A stretch of DNA of 63,230 nucleotides, the filler included, from Chiloscyllium plagiosum (taxonomy: Eukaryota): the NCBI RefSeq assembly GCF_004010195.1. It is 8 parts of 8 records of this genome, joined end to end, with 100 filler letters (N's around TTAATTAATTAA, not from the genome) between each part and the next. Parts side by side here need not be neighbours in the genome. Positions count along the whole stretch, not along the records: positions 50,514 to 57,360 come from NW_025200888.1; positions 57,461 to 61,741 come from NW_025194991.1; positions 61,842 to 63,230 come from NW_025206038.1; 5 more parts are not named here. One strand, 5' to 3'. The notes under the pieces are model-generated. The model made no database searches, had not been told where the DNA came from, and worked only from the letters and a program-made list of their open reading frames with translations. The translations under genes were made by a program, and so were the position numbers. Shown here in pieces: positions 52,824-63,230 of the stretch (positions are counted from its first letter, which is position 1; each line of letters begins with the position of its first letter).

Positions 52824-52870
52824 CTGATAAGAACAGACACTTGATCTTAGCCAAAAGGCCGAGAAGCGAT
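52824..52870 (-). ncRNA. RNU2: U2 snRNA 5' fragment (nt 1-52 with a 5-nt deletion) heading the Tx1/Keno element
   Basis: ATCGCTTCTCGGCCTTTTGGCTAAGATCAAGTGT//CTGTTCTTATCAG; AGTAT missing; no Sm site or 3' stems. Confidence 0.9.
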
Positions 52871-52961
52871 CCTGATGTGTGTCCCATCCAGGAGAATGTA
52901 ACACTACACCTTCCAATCCCTTCTCCATCATTCCCAACACTCTATCCCCTCAGTCACTTAC

Positions 52962-53612
52962 TGGGAGCTATTGTGTAGGTTCCACTTGGTGAACCTGCAG
53001 AAACAAAGTAAATGTCCATTAGAATGGGGAATAATCCATTCTCAAAGGATGACAACACAGTGTGAGGGGATGGAGACTGTGTCAGAAATCCTTATTCCCA
53101 CACTCCCCTCCATCCTTACACTTTATGGAGATTTTCAACATCTCTTCCATTGCATCAATATTCAATCAGTGAGGAATGGGGTGTGTGCAGGGGTTTAAGA
53201 CAGGGAACAATACGTGTTTATACGTGTGTATCTGTGTGTGGGAATTCAATCAGTTCCATTCCCCACAGTGCCCTGTACTCCCAGTACTGGAGATTCCCCC
53301 ACACCCACTCTGTCTCCTCAGTTCCACATTCCCCTCTCTTGGATTCTTACCTCTCCAGGGCTTTTTCCAGATGATTATTCCAAATATTGCAGCCATTGCA
53401 GAGACTAATCCAATCAAAAGTACACAATGGGAACGTTCCACACTGTTTTGTTGGATTTCTGAAACACAATGTAATAAATCAACATTGTCGCTGTTCCATT
53501 TCCAGTCTCAGTTCTGTGTTGATTGGGACAATTGGGACAATTGTCACAGATCCTGCCCATTGGGAACTGATGGGATTGGTTGACACATTGTATTGGATTC
53601 TCCAAATGCCTG

Positions 53613-53673
<61 letters not shown>

Positions 53674-54348
53674 GTCCCTTACCCCACTGATAGAGCTTGC
53701 CCTCTGCCAGGCTGCTGTGTTCAATGTGACAGGAGTATTGATCCTCATCCCCAGCATTGATCTCAATCTCTTTCTGGATCTGATGGGTCCCATCGTGGTT
53801 CGGTCGTACCCCCGAGGATTGGGTCTCAGACATGACCTCTCCATTCCTTAGCCAGGTCACCTCGATGTCTACAGGATAAAACCCAGTGACCAGGCAGGAG
53901 AGAGTGAGCGGCTTGTCCTGACCATTGGGCTCCCTCCTGGAGATGAACACTTCAGGCTGAACTGTGATGGGAAAGGGTGAAAACACAAACAATAGACAGA
54001 CACTGAATGGAATGGGAGAGCGGTTTCATAGATCAGTGAGGTTAGATCAGAACATGGAGCAAAACAGAAATACATACCTTTCCTTTTGAAATAATCTTTT
54101 CCAGCTTCCAGATATCTCTTTAACATTTCTACAGTTACTTCTTCCAGGTGTCTTTTCCAGTAATTGTTCCAGGAATCATCAGAATTCCATTTCTCTTTAG
54201 TCATCACTGCAATGGGATTGTATGCGATCTCATTCTGTCTGGGTCTAAACTGATAAAATCTTCTCCATCAAATCCAAATCTCATTGATCTCTTAATGCTG
54301 CCGTCATCACTGACCTCAACAGTAGTTTCTGTTGAAAAATGTGAATTC
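52962..54348 (-). pseudogene. Divergent MHC class I heavy chain: alpha2 54078-54348 (frameshifted), alpha3 53683-53961, TM 53351-53458, cytoplasmic 52962-52994
   Basis: All exons phase 1 with GT-AG. alpha3 LSCLVTGFYPVDIEVTWLRNG...PNHDGTHQ...YSCHIEHSSL; alpha2 GIHIFQ, FGFDGEDFISLD, TKEKWN, LKRYLEAGK in three frames; 33-nt Tyr-containing exon GSPSGTYTIAP. No alpha1 found in the contig. Confidence 0.88.
53613..53670. repeat. (CT)n/(CA)n microsatellite in the class I intron
   Basis: Direct reading. Confidence 0.9.
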
Positions 54349-54829
54349 CTGTCGGTGATCAAACAGTCATAGATAATTAATCATTAATAACCACAGGAAC
54401 AATCTGATCAAAGGGGAAGGGGGATCCTGTATCAGGGCCAGGGAGAGGGAGTTACACATGGGGCTAATCTCCAGGGCCTGTGCTGTCAGAGGGTCCCAGA
54501 CTCAGGCAGTACTGCCCCTTTCTCCAGTGGCTGCCTCACACCTCAACCTGGAGCAGATAAGCAATATGCTCTCCAATCCGGGTCAGAATTCCAGCGCTCA
54601 CATTCCCACTATCCTGGAACGACAGACCCAGTCCTTCCAGTCATTTGTTTCAATCACAGGCTGCATTCTGGGGGATGTAGTCCATGTCTGTCAGTGACCA
54701 CTCTGTCAGCCTCCCACAGGCTCTGGCCCACGATCGGACTCTGTGTGTTATTTACAAGGACCCTCTCCCTGCGTGGGGCTGTGCAATCTCTTCCCCTGAG
54801 CCTGGCGGAATGGAGATGAGGATCAATCT

Positions 54830-56785
54830 CTTTAAATTACTCACTACCTGTGTCCACTGCTTCCTATTATCTTTATAAATGATTTGGATGTGCATATAGG
54901 AGGGAATGGTTAGTAATGGTTTGTTTTCAGATGACACCAAAACAGGAAATGTAGTGGGCAGTGAGGAAGGTTATCTCAGAGTACAGTGGGACCTTGATCA
55001 GATGGGCTGAGGAGTGGCAGATGGAGATTAATTTTGATAAATGTGAGGTGTTGCACTTTGGGTAAATCATAGCGGCATTTATACAGTTAATGGTAGGGTG
55101 CTGGGGAGTGTTGCCAAACAAACAGACCTTGGAGTGTAGAGTCATAGTTCCTGAAGGTGGAGTTGCAGATTGACAGGATAGTGAAGAAGGTGTTTGGTCT
55201 ACTTGCCTTTATTGGTCAATGTATTGAGTACGTGAGTTGAGATGTCATGCTGCAGCTGTACAGGACATTGATTCAGCCACTTTTCGAATGCTATGTTAAA
55301 TTCCGCACTTACTGCTATAGGAAATGTGAAAGGGTCCAGAAAGGACTTACAAGGTTTGGAGCTCTAGGGAGAGACTGAATAGGCTGGGGCTATTTTCCCT
55401 TCAGTGTTGGAGGCTGAGGGGTGAGCTCACAGAAGTTTATAAAATCATGAGGGGCATGGATAAAGTGAATAGCCAAGTTCTTTTTTTCATAATAGAGGAG
55501 TCTGAAACTAAAGGGCATTGGTTGAAGGTGAGAGGGAAAAGATATAAAAGAGATCTAAGAGGCAACTTTTTGCATAATCGTTGGTGCAAGGATGGAATGA
55601 GCCATCAGAGGAAGTGATAGAGGCTGGTACAATTACAGCATTTAAAAGGCATCAGGATGGGTTTATAAAGAGTTGAGAAGGATCTGGGCTGTTCTGGGTA
55701 ATCCAAGATGGAGGACAGGAAAGAAATTGTGTCTGGAAGAGCTGCTTTTGTTTTGAGGTATTTTAGGTGTTTGGGTGATTTTCTCAAATTCCAGGAGCAG
55801 CAATTACTGTTGTATATGCTGTTGCATTGTTTTGGAACTTTGGAGAAAAGAAATGTCAAAACAACAGCACTTTTAAAAGGAGGAAAGGCAGACAAAGAGT
55901 TCACGTATCTGTGGATATCAGAGTGTGTCTTGGAAAATTAGCAAACAGCGAAATTCACAGCTGACCTTGGAGGAACCAGCACAGGCACAGATACGTTCAT
56001 AATTTTTAATGTGTAACCTTGCTGGAAGTCTGCAGTACGAAATAGAGTCAAATTCTGTTTTGATTATACGTTTAGTTGAAATCTGTCTCTTGATTAAATT
56101 TTAAAAAATATAAACCACACGTTTCCACTTAGCCTGGAGCACTGCTTTTCAGGGCAATAAGATGGTGCTATTTTCTGGGCCTGATTATGTTTGCAGGAAA
56201 TGTGTTTGGTTGGAGCGAATCCTATTGAGTCGCATGGATTGGTTGGAGCAACAGTTAGAGGCAAAGAGGAATTTACTAGAGCAATGGGGTGTGATGGATG
56301 GCAGTTATAGGAAGGCAGAAAAGCTGCAGATACGGTCAGGTAGATGGGTTACCTCCAGGAAAGGTAGGAGGGTTAAGCAGGAAGTGCAGGAGTCTCCTGT
56401 GGCTATCCCCATTTCAAACAAGTATGAAAAAGTTTTGAAAAATGAAGAGGGTGATGGATTCTCAGGGGAATGTAACAGGAACTGTCAAGTTTCTGGTATC
56501 AAGACTGGCTCTCATGTAATGAGGGGTATGTTCATTTCCAAGCAATCGATTGTGTCAGAGGACTCTCTATTCAGAGGCACAGACAACGTTTCTGTGACCA
56601 GCGGTGAAAAATCAGAATGGTGTGTTACCTCCCTGGTGCCAGGATCAAGGATGTCTCAGAGAGGGTTCAGAATGTTCTCAAAGGGGAGAGGGACAGCAGG
56701 CTGTCATTGTACATATTGGAACCAATGACATAGGAAGGGAAAAGGATGAGATTCTGAAGGGGGAATATAGAAAGTTAGGCAGAGT
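54830..56785 (+). mobile_element. CR1 fragments (ORF2 3' end; ORF1 Zn-finger/esterase)
   Basis: FSDDTK remnant; PDYVCRKCVWL, VIVHIGTNDIGR. Confidence 0.75.
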
Positions 56786-57360
56786 GTTAGGGTGTAGGTT
56801 TGCTCGCTGAGCTGTAGGTTTGATATCCTGACGTTTCATTACCTGGCTCAGTAACATCATCAGTGGCGACCTCCAAGTGAAGCGAAGCTGTTGTCTCCTG
56901 CTTTCTATTTATATGTTTATCCTGGATGGGGTTCCTGGGGTTTGTGGTGATGTCATTTCCTGTTCATTTTCTGAGGGGTTGATAGATCTAGATCTATCTA
57001 TTTGTTTGTTTATGGCGTTGTGGTTGGAGTGCAAAATTCCATGCAAGGACTGCCACAAACACTACGTAGGACAAACAGGAAGAAAGTTAGCCACCAGGAT
57101 ACACGAACACCAGCTAGCCACAAAAAGACACGACCCTCTCTCCCTCGTAGCCCTACACACGGATGAAAAAAACCCATCATTTCGACTGGGACAACACATC
57201 TATCCTGGGACAGGCTAAGCAAAGACATGCCAGAGAATTCTTGGAGGTCTGGCACTCCAACCACAACGCCATGAACAACCACATAGATCTAGATACCATC
57301 TATCAACCCTTCAGAAAATGAACAGAGAATGACATCACCACAAACCCCAGGAACCCCATC
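56785..57360 (+). mobile_element. Penelope-like element with GIY-YIG fragment and inverted terminal repeat
   Basis: KIPCKDCHKHYVGQTGRKLATRIHEH; ~56925-57031 is the reverse complement of ~57252-57360; hammerhead-like core on the minus strand at 56830-56863. Confidence 0.85.
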
Positions 57361-58260
57361 NNNNNNNNNNNNNNNNNNNNNNNNNNNNNNNNNNNNNNNN
57401 NNNNTTAATTAATTAANNNNNNNNNNNNNNNNNNNNNNNNNNNNNNNNNNNNNNNNNNNNATTCATCTCTCAACCTTCTTCTCTCCGATGAAAATAGCCT
57501 CAAGTTCTTCATCCTATCCACGTACGACCTCCCATCCGTAACAGGCAACATCCCAGTAAACCTCCTCTGAACTCTTTCCAAAGCTTCCACATCCTTCCTA
57601 ATGTGGTGACCAGAACTATACGCAATACTCCAAGTGCGGCTGCACCATTTAGTTTTAACTTCTGAAGTATCAGCATAATGAATGGACAGCATCTTCCAAT
57701 AGAATGAGATTTCAGAGATACTTGCCTGGTTTTGGGCAGACCCCATCACAGAGAGGGTGAAGGTGTTTGTGTGTGTGTGTGTGTGTGTGTGCGTGGTGCG
57801 TGCGTATGTGCGTGCGTGCAAGTTTACGTGATTGCACATGAGAGAGGGGTTGATTTCAGAAAGATCACCCTTGAGGAGCAGAATAATATGAGTTACCAAT
57901 GTAGCTCTTCCTTTTAGTATGGTGCACGAAATGGAAATAATTGTTCATATTGCATTACACTGAGGAGGCGTGCTGCTTCAAATCACAGGCCAAAATTTAG
58001 GAATTAATGTTGAGATATTTTGCTTGATTCAGTGAGGCTGCTGAAAGTGTAGAGTACAGTCTCAATTGCAATGCGTGAAGAAAATGCCCCAAAATCGTTA
58101 AATGCTGCATTTGCAATAAAATGGGCACAGCAATCCAGGCAACAATTTTTTGTTTGGGGGTGAGGAGGGGGAGGAGGATATTTTCGTTTTCATTGACCAC
58201 GATCGTATGAACTCAATTGTGGTGAGAAATTGACGTAGCAATTTATCTAGTGGAAGATAA

Positions 58261-58274
58261 CCACTAGAGGGCAG
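58261..58274 (+). promoter_or_regulatory. CTCF-consensus site in the TCR V promoter (CRE-like TGACGTAG at 58231, AGTGACATTA at 58310)
   Basis: CCACTAGAGGGCAG, ~240 bp upstream of the ATG. Confidence 0.6.
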
Positions 58275-58500
58275 AGTGAATCTGTGACATATATTAAACG
58301 AGAGGGCGGAGTGACATTACACACATTGTGAGCAGCTCTGTGTGCGAAAGGCCTGGTACGGAAAGATAAACTCGAAGACATAACTTATTTCACAACTTCT
58401 AAAGAAGGCAGCACTGTGTTCGACACGATAAGAGTGTTGTTCTCATTGTTACCTTTTTTGTCCAACAAAACTCTGTGGGCCTTACGCTTCATGTAACTTG

Positions 58501-58838
58501 ATGATGTCTCAAAATTACCGAGTTCTTTTCCTGCTTTCCTCTCTGATCTACAAGGTAGAAACTGGAGAAGATGAAGTCACGCAACCTGCTCAGTGGAAAG
58601 TTGTTAAGGAGGCAGAAAACGCTTCCATTGACTGCTCTACAACAAAAACATTTGACGCAGTGCACTGGTACAGACAGCTCCCGAACCAGCCGCCCCAGCA
58701 TCTGGTGATGGCCAAAAGAGAAGCTGATCAACATGAGAGGATTTCTGCTTCAGTCAGTACAGACTACAAACACAGTGTCCTGAGTGTGAGAGACACCAGA
58801 CTTAACGACACCGCCATCTACCTCTGTGCCAATGGGGG
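58501..58838 (+). CDS. TRAV: TCR alpha/delta V gene, leader and V in one exon, apparently functional
   Basis: MMSQNYRVLFLLSSLIYKVETG-EDEVTQP...IDC...VHWYRQLP...DTAIYLCANG; no stops. Confidence 0.85.
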
Positions 58839-58877
58839 CACAGTGTTACAAGCAGAGGGAGAGTCTGAACAAAAACC
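58839..58877 (+). other. Consensus 23-RSS
   Basis: CACAGTG-23-ACAAAAACC. Confidence 0.95.
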
Positions 58878-60800
58878 TATACTGCACTGCTGAGCATCAA
58901 TGCAATTATTTCTGGGCTGTATAATTCGATGTTAAGGGGACCATGGTAACAGTAAAAGAGATAGAAAAGCCGAGCAAGACCTAAAGAGTTCCCGAAGTGA
59001 AGAGAATTGGAAATCTAGGTGGAGACAAAGCAAGCATATTCACATATGCTAACGTCAGTGATAGAAAAGATGAGAGAAAGAGCGGAAATAAAGTAACAAC
59101 ACATGTAGAAGATAAAATGATGATAAACTATTAAAAGATAAATGGAAAAATAACGAGTGTCATGCATAGACGTTAAATATTAAATCAGTTTAAGTCATAA
59201 ATTAACTTTGAAGGAAAGTAATATGGCCTTTCTTTTAACATCATTCACCTTTCATGAACGCTTACACATTCCAGTTCCCAGAAATGATTCGAATAAGCTA
59301 ATCATTCGACATCATCCCATCGACTCAACTGTTCATTTCCTTGTGGTGAAACGTTCCTAGATACCTGCTCCAATGGAAACTATAGTCCCACTCACTTGAA
59401 CTCATTGTGTCCTTATCGCAGACACTTCGTGCCATCCTCATCACTTCCCTTACCATTTACTTTTGCGTCTTTAGCAAAATACATTCTCTTCTGTCAGGAT
59501 TTCTATTAACATGTACCTCTGTTCTCTCACCATTCCCATTCAGACTTTCAGAGAAACTGTGTCATCATGTCTTCCTTCAAAAAATATTATAGTATTTGGG
59601 TGCTGCATGCAACTCTTGCATGCATCACTAATACACGTTGAAAATGTGGCGGTGAACCGTTTTGTCCAAGTGCTGCAATGTATCCGGTGTAGATACCGTT
59701 GATACATTTGCGATGGCACAATGTAAAATTCAAGAAATGTCGATTGCTAAGAATCTTACCAGAAAATGCAGCAAAATCGACATTCCACTCAACTATTTAA
59801 GAAATTGAAAATGCACTTTTTTTTAATGGACATTATCACTGTGTCCAAAACACACTAACCCTTAGCCTGGGCGAAAGGAAGTTCTCAAAAAGCCAGAAAG
59901 CAGTTCTCTTAACTGCTGAACTCCAGTTTCTGACACTAGAAAAACGTGGACTGTGTTCCTTCCCTGACTTCGCCTACAGAGAACCTAAAACTGCCAAATA
60001 TCAGTGTTGGTTCAAAGTCTATGCAAGACCCCGTTGTCTGGCTAATACATTTACGGTGTTCCTTTCTCTTGTGGCCATATGAAATGAAGTTCAAAGCGCG
60101 TGAAGCTGATTGTTTGAATTGATGAACAAAGGCGTTTGACACTCATTGGTTGTCACCTCATGCCTTTGTCAATGAACCAATGGGCAGAGATCAGGAATTG
60201 TTAGCAATTCTTGACGAAAATTATTTTAGCTTCGATCTGCTCACATTCACTGTAATCTCTCGTTAACAATGACGCCTGGAGAATTGAGTTTATTCCTCAC
60301 AGCTATAGCTGTTCTAATTGGTAGGTTGATAAGTTGACGATCTTTTTCTTTCAGATCCACAGCGGGAATTACATTTAACCCAGCAGTTCCATCAAAGTAG
60401 AGGCAGCGATACATTGTGTCCAAATCAATATAATCACGTGGGGCCAAATTTATCCAACATCTGCACTATTTGGGATGAGTTAGCAAACGACCCAATTGAA
60501 AGAATGTTGAAGACTTAGGCTGGGAATTAAGACGGATGGGTTCTGTTCAGATACTTTGACATAGGCGAGAGTGAAAACTAACATACCGTCTGCAGTTTTC
60601 CCTTCAGGATCGGCAACGAAATGGAAAAAGACCTTTTTAGGCGGTGTGACACGTGTACTGAAGGAGGCTTTATTTGATCTGGCAAATTCCTTGACCAGTA
60701 CAGCTGCCGAGTTGCATGAAATTATTTTTTGTTTTTCCCGAACTTATTTCGCAGGTTTTTGATCAAGGTCACGGGATGACTGTGGCATCAGAATAATGAA

Positions 60801-61356
60801 ATGTTTTCTGTAATTTTCGGATTCTCCTGGAGTCTCTAACTTCAAGCGCTGATTTTGCTAATGTTGACCTTTGCGAAGTAACCTGTATGCCTCTGTCTAA
60901 ATTTGTTTTTCTCATTCTATGATCTGTACATCCTTCTTTACTATGATCTGCCTCCACCGCTGGCAAAGAAAGCTTTCCAGTGCACTGAGGTACACGTGAC
61001 AAATCGTCAATCAATTAACCAATCAAGTAAATCGATCAATCAATTTTTGCAGGACTTTGCCGAGGAGATTCTGTCTCACAGACACCGGCTTCAATTGCAG
61101 TGAATGAGGAGGACAATGTCCAGTTGTTCTGTAATTATACGACAACAAGCAATACTCCTTACCTTTTCTGGTACCTACAACATTTCAATGGTTCCATGGA
61201 ATTTCTGCTACGGAGAAGCGAATTTGCAGCGAACGCAGAAAGGTTTCAAGGAGACCGGTTGTCCTCAAAGCTGGATCACGTGAACAGCACCATCAACCTG
61301 AAATTGGTGAAAACAGAACCGGCAGACTCTGCAATGTATTACTGCGCACTGAGCCC
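60801..61356 (+). pseudogene. TRAV: TCR alpha V gene with intact V exon (61053-61356) and defective putative leader (60801-60877)
   Basis: GDSVSQTP...LFCNYTTTSNTPYLFWY...DSAMYYCALSP; leader MFSVIFGFSWSL*LQALILLMLTFA has TAA at 60837 and an out-of-phase donor. Confidence 0.75.
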
Positions 61357-61395
61357 CACGGAGACTCAGAACTGGGCTGACGCTGTACAGAAACT
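61357..61395 (+). other. Degenerate 23-RSS
   Basis: CACGGAG-23-ACAGAAACT. Confidence 0.8.
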
Positions 61396-61841
61396 GTCAG
61401 GGAGTCACTGAATATGACAGTGTGTCAGGCAAATGGTGAGATCAGGAGAGGATCTGAAACGGTTCCCGAATTCCCAGAAAATCGGATACTTTTTCATTTG
61501 AATACATAACTTTATTCGTTATAAATTTATTATTGCAATAAACTAAAGCTGTCCGTTTAGTGAATGAAAAGGGAATACATGATGTCATACCTTTTGGAAT
61601 GTCTCGAAGTGTTCCACGTTTACTGCAATGAGCGATGTCGAAAATGCAGCAACTAGTTACGTCCAACAAAATCCAAAGCATTTGGTGAGGGAAATAAAGA
61701 TCGGTCACGTGATTCTGACCGGCCACGTGCATCGCTGGAGCNNNNNNNNNNNNNNNNNNNNNNNNNNNNNNNNNNNNNNNNNNNNTTAATTAATTAANNN
61801 NNNNNNNNNNNNNNNNNNNNNNNNNNNNNNNNNNNNNNNNN

Positions 61842-62127
61842 GTCTCAGTCAAATCCCTCGAACTCAGCACCGCCTTCCTAACCTACAATCTTCTTCCTGA
61901 CCTCTCCGCCCCCACCCCACTCTGACCGATCACCCTCACCTTGACCTCCCTCCACCTATCGCATTCCCAACGCCCCTCCCCCAAGTCCCTCCTCCCTACC
62001 TTTTATCTCTGCCTGCTGGACACACTTTCCTCATTCCTGAAGAAGGGCTTATGCCCGAAACGTCGATTCTCCTGTTCCATGGATGCTGCCCGACCTGCTA
62101 CGCTTTTCCAGCAACACATTTTCAGCT
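61842..62127 (+). mobile_element. Penelope-like terminal repeat inserted in Vkappa FR1, with hammerhead-like core at 62037-62064
   Basis: Same family as 6791-7030 and 47200-47680; CTGAAGAAGGGCTTATGCCCGAAACGTC. Confidence 0.75.
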
Positions 62128-62390
62128 GCAACCATCACTTGTAAATCCAGTCAGAGCGCTAGTACCGATGTTTCCTGGTACCAGCAGCGAGAAGGGCAGA
62201 AACCCTCTCTCCTGATCCATGATGCAATGACTCTATACACAGGAGCCTCCAACAGATTCACCAGGAAAGAAGTATCCAGCACACACTTCACCCTGACAAT
62301 CAGCAACATACAGAATGAGGATGTCGCTGATTATTACTGTCAGCGCGAGTACAGCTCCCCTACACAGTGATAAACAGCTGTACAAAATCC
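62128..62390 (+). pseudogene. IGKV: Ig kappa V segment (5' truncated) with 12-RSS at 62363-62390
   Basis: ATITCKSSQSASTDVSWYQQREGQKPSLLI...FTLTISNIQNEDVADYYCQREYSSP; CACAGTG-12-ACAAAATCC. Confidence 0.9.
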
Positions 62391-62699
62391 TCAATACACA
62401 CATCACCACCTCCTGTACTGACACATCCCACTGCTACCTAAAAAATGTAATAATGGACACATAGTCTCACTTCCTATACTGACACATCCACAATTACATA
62501 TAAATGAAACAGAACAAGTTACCCATGCTGGGATTGTCACTGTCCACTACACACTCCAGTCCCTGTGGTGTCCACCGCTCACTGAAGGCCTCAGGTTTCC
62601 CTCTTACCCTCCATGGCCACATGGGAAGAGCACCTGCAAGAATTAACATCAAAAAATAAGTTTCACAAATTGCCTGAGCCCAGCTGGACACAACGCAAA

Positions 62700-62920
62700 G
62701 AGAAAACAAGAGAGAGAGACAGAGAGAGAGAGAGAAAGAGAGAGGGGGGGAGAGAAACAGAATGAGAAAAACAGAGAGAGAGAAAGGCATGAGTGACAGA
62801 GAAAGGCAGAGAGAAGGTGAGAGTCAGTAAAAGACAGAGAGAGACAGGGAGAGGGTGAGAGTGACCGAGAGACTGCGAGACAGGGAGAGGTTGAGAGTGA
62901 CATGGGGAAGCAGAGAGCAG
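62700..62920 (+). repeat. GA-rich low-complexity tract between Vkappa and Jkappa
   Basis: Direct reading. Confidence 0.85.
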
Positions 62921-62921
62921 A

Positions 62922-62995
62922 GGTTTTTGTACAGCCTCTGCACTGGGAGCTCTCACTGGGGCTTACGTTCGGTAAAGGAACCAAGCTCAAACTGA
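62922..62995 (+). other. IGKJ: Jkappa (62961-62995, LTFGKGTKLKL) with a 23-RSS whose heptamer is mutated
   Basis: GGTTTTTGT-23-CACTGGG; GTAAGT donor in phase 1, compatible with the Ckappa start (S-RENSQP). Confidence 0.9.
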
Positions 62996-63230
62996 GTAAG
63001 TAAACCTCCATCTTCTGTAAATAAACCTTTTATTTTCTAAACGCAATTTCTAAAACACAAATACTGAATTGTTGAAGGTGTTAGTGGGGACCTGCGGTGA
63101 ATGAAATGGTTGATTGAGGAGCACTGTGTCTAAAGGGTGTCCAGCTGTATTTCTTTAGTTCCATTGCTTCCTTTAAAAAGCAAGATATAAGTCAGTTAGT
63201 TTTACTCACCGTGTGGAGGAGCTCTATCCA

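Noticed and set aside
52824-52870. Functional U2 snRNA gene
   Set aside because: Only 47 nt, branch-point pairing region deleted, no Sm site.
1-63230. CRISPR array or prokaryotic operon
   Set aside because: No repeat-spacer array; spliced vertebrate genes and retroelements throughout.

Overview
Eukaryotic (cartilaginous fish, shark-like) genomic DNA, not prokaryotic. The window is eight separate contigs joined by identical artificial 100-bp linkers (N44-TTAATTAATTAA-N44 at 10768-10867, 13524-13623, 29542-29641, 35953-36052, 50414-50513, 57361-57460, 61742-61841), so adjacency between contigs is unproven. Every contig carries adaptive-immune or IgSF sequence: (1) a leader-V-D-J cassette with RSSs resembling NAR-TCR; (2) an Ig kappa constant pseudogene; (3) an Ig C1-set exon cut by an endogenous retrovirus, plus the 5' end of a second related ERV; (4) IgM Cmu1 and Cmu2 exons; (5) the 3' part of an apparently intact C1-set/TM/TVYADL receptor gene; (6) a divergent MHC class I gene with a frameshifted, cysteine-less alpha2 and a U2-snRNA-headed Keno/Tx1 retrotransposon in its intron; (7) two TCR alpha/delta V genes, one with leader and V in a single exon; (8) a disrupted Vkappa-Jkappa pair. 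Intervening DNA is dense in CR1 LINEs, HE1-like V-SINEs, Rex1-like ends, Gmr1-like Gypsy elements and Penelope-like fragments whose repeats carry minimal hammerhead-ribozyme cores. Family assignments come from recalled motifs, not database searches.
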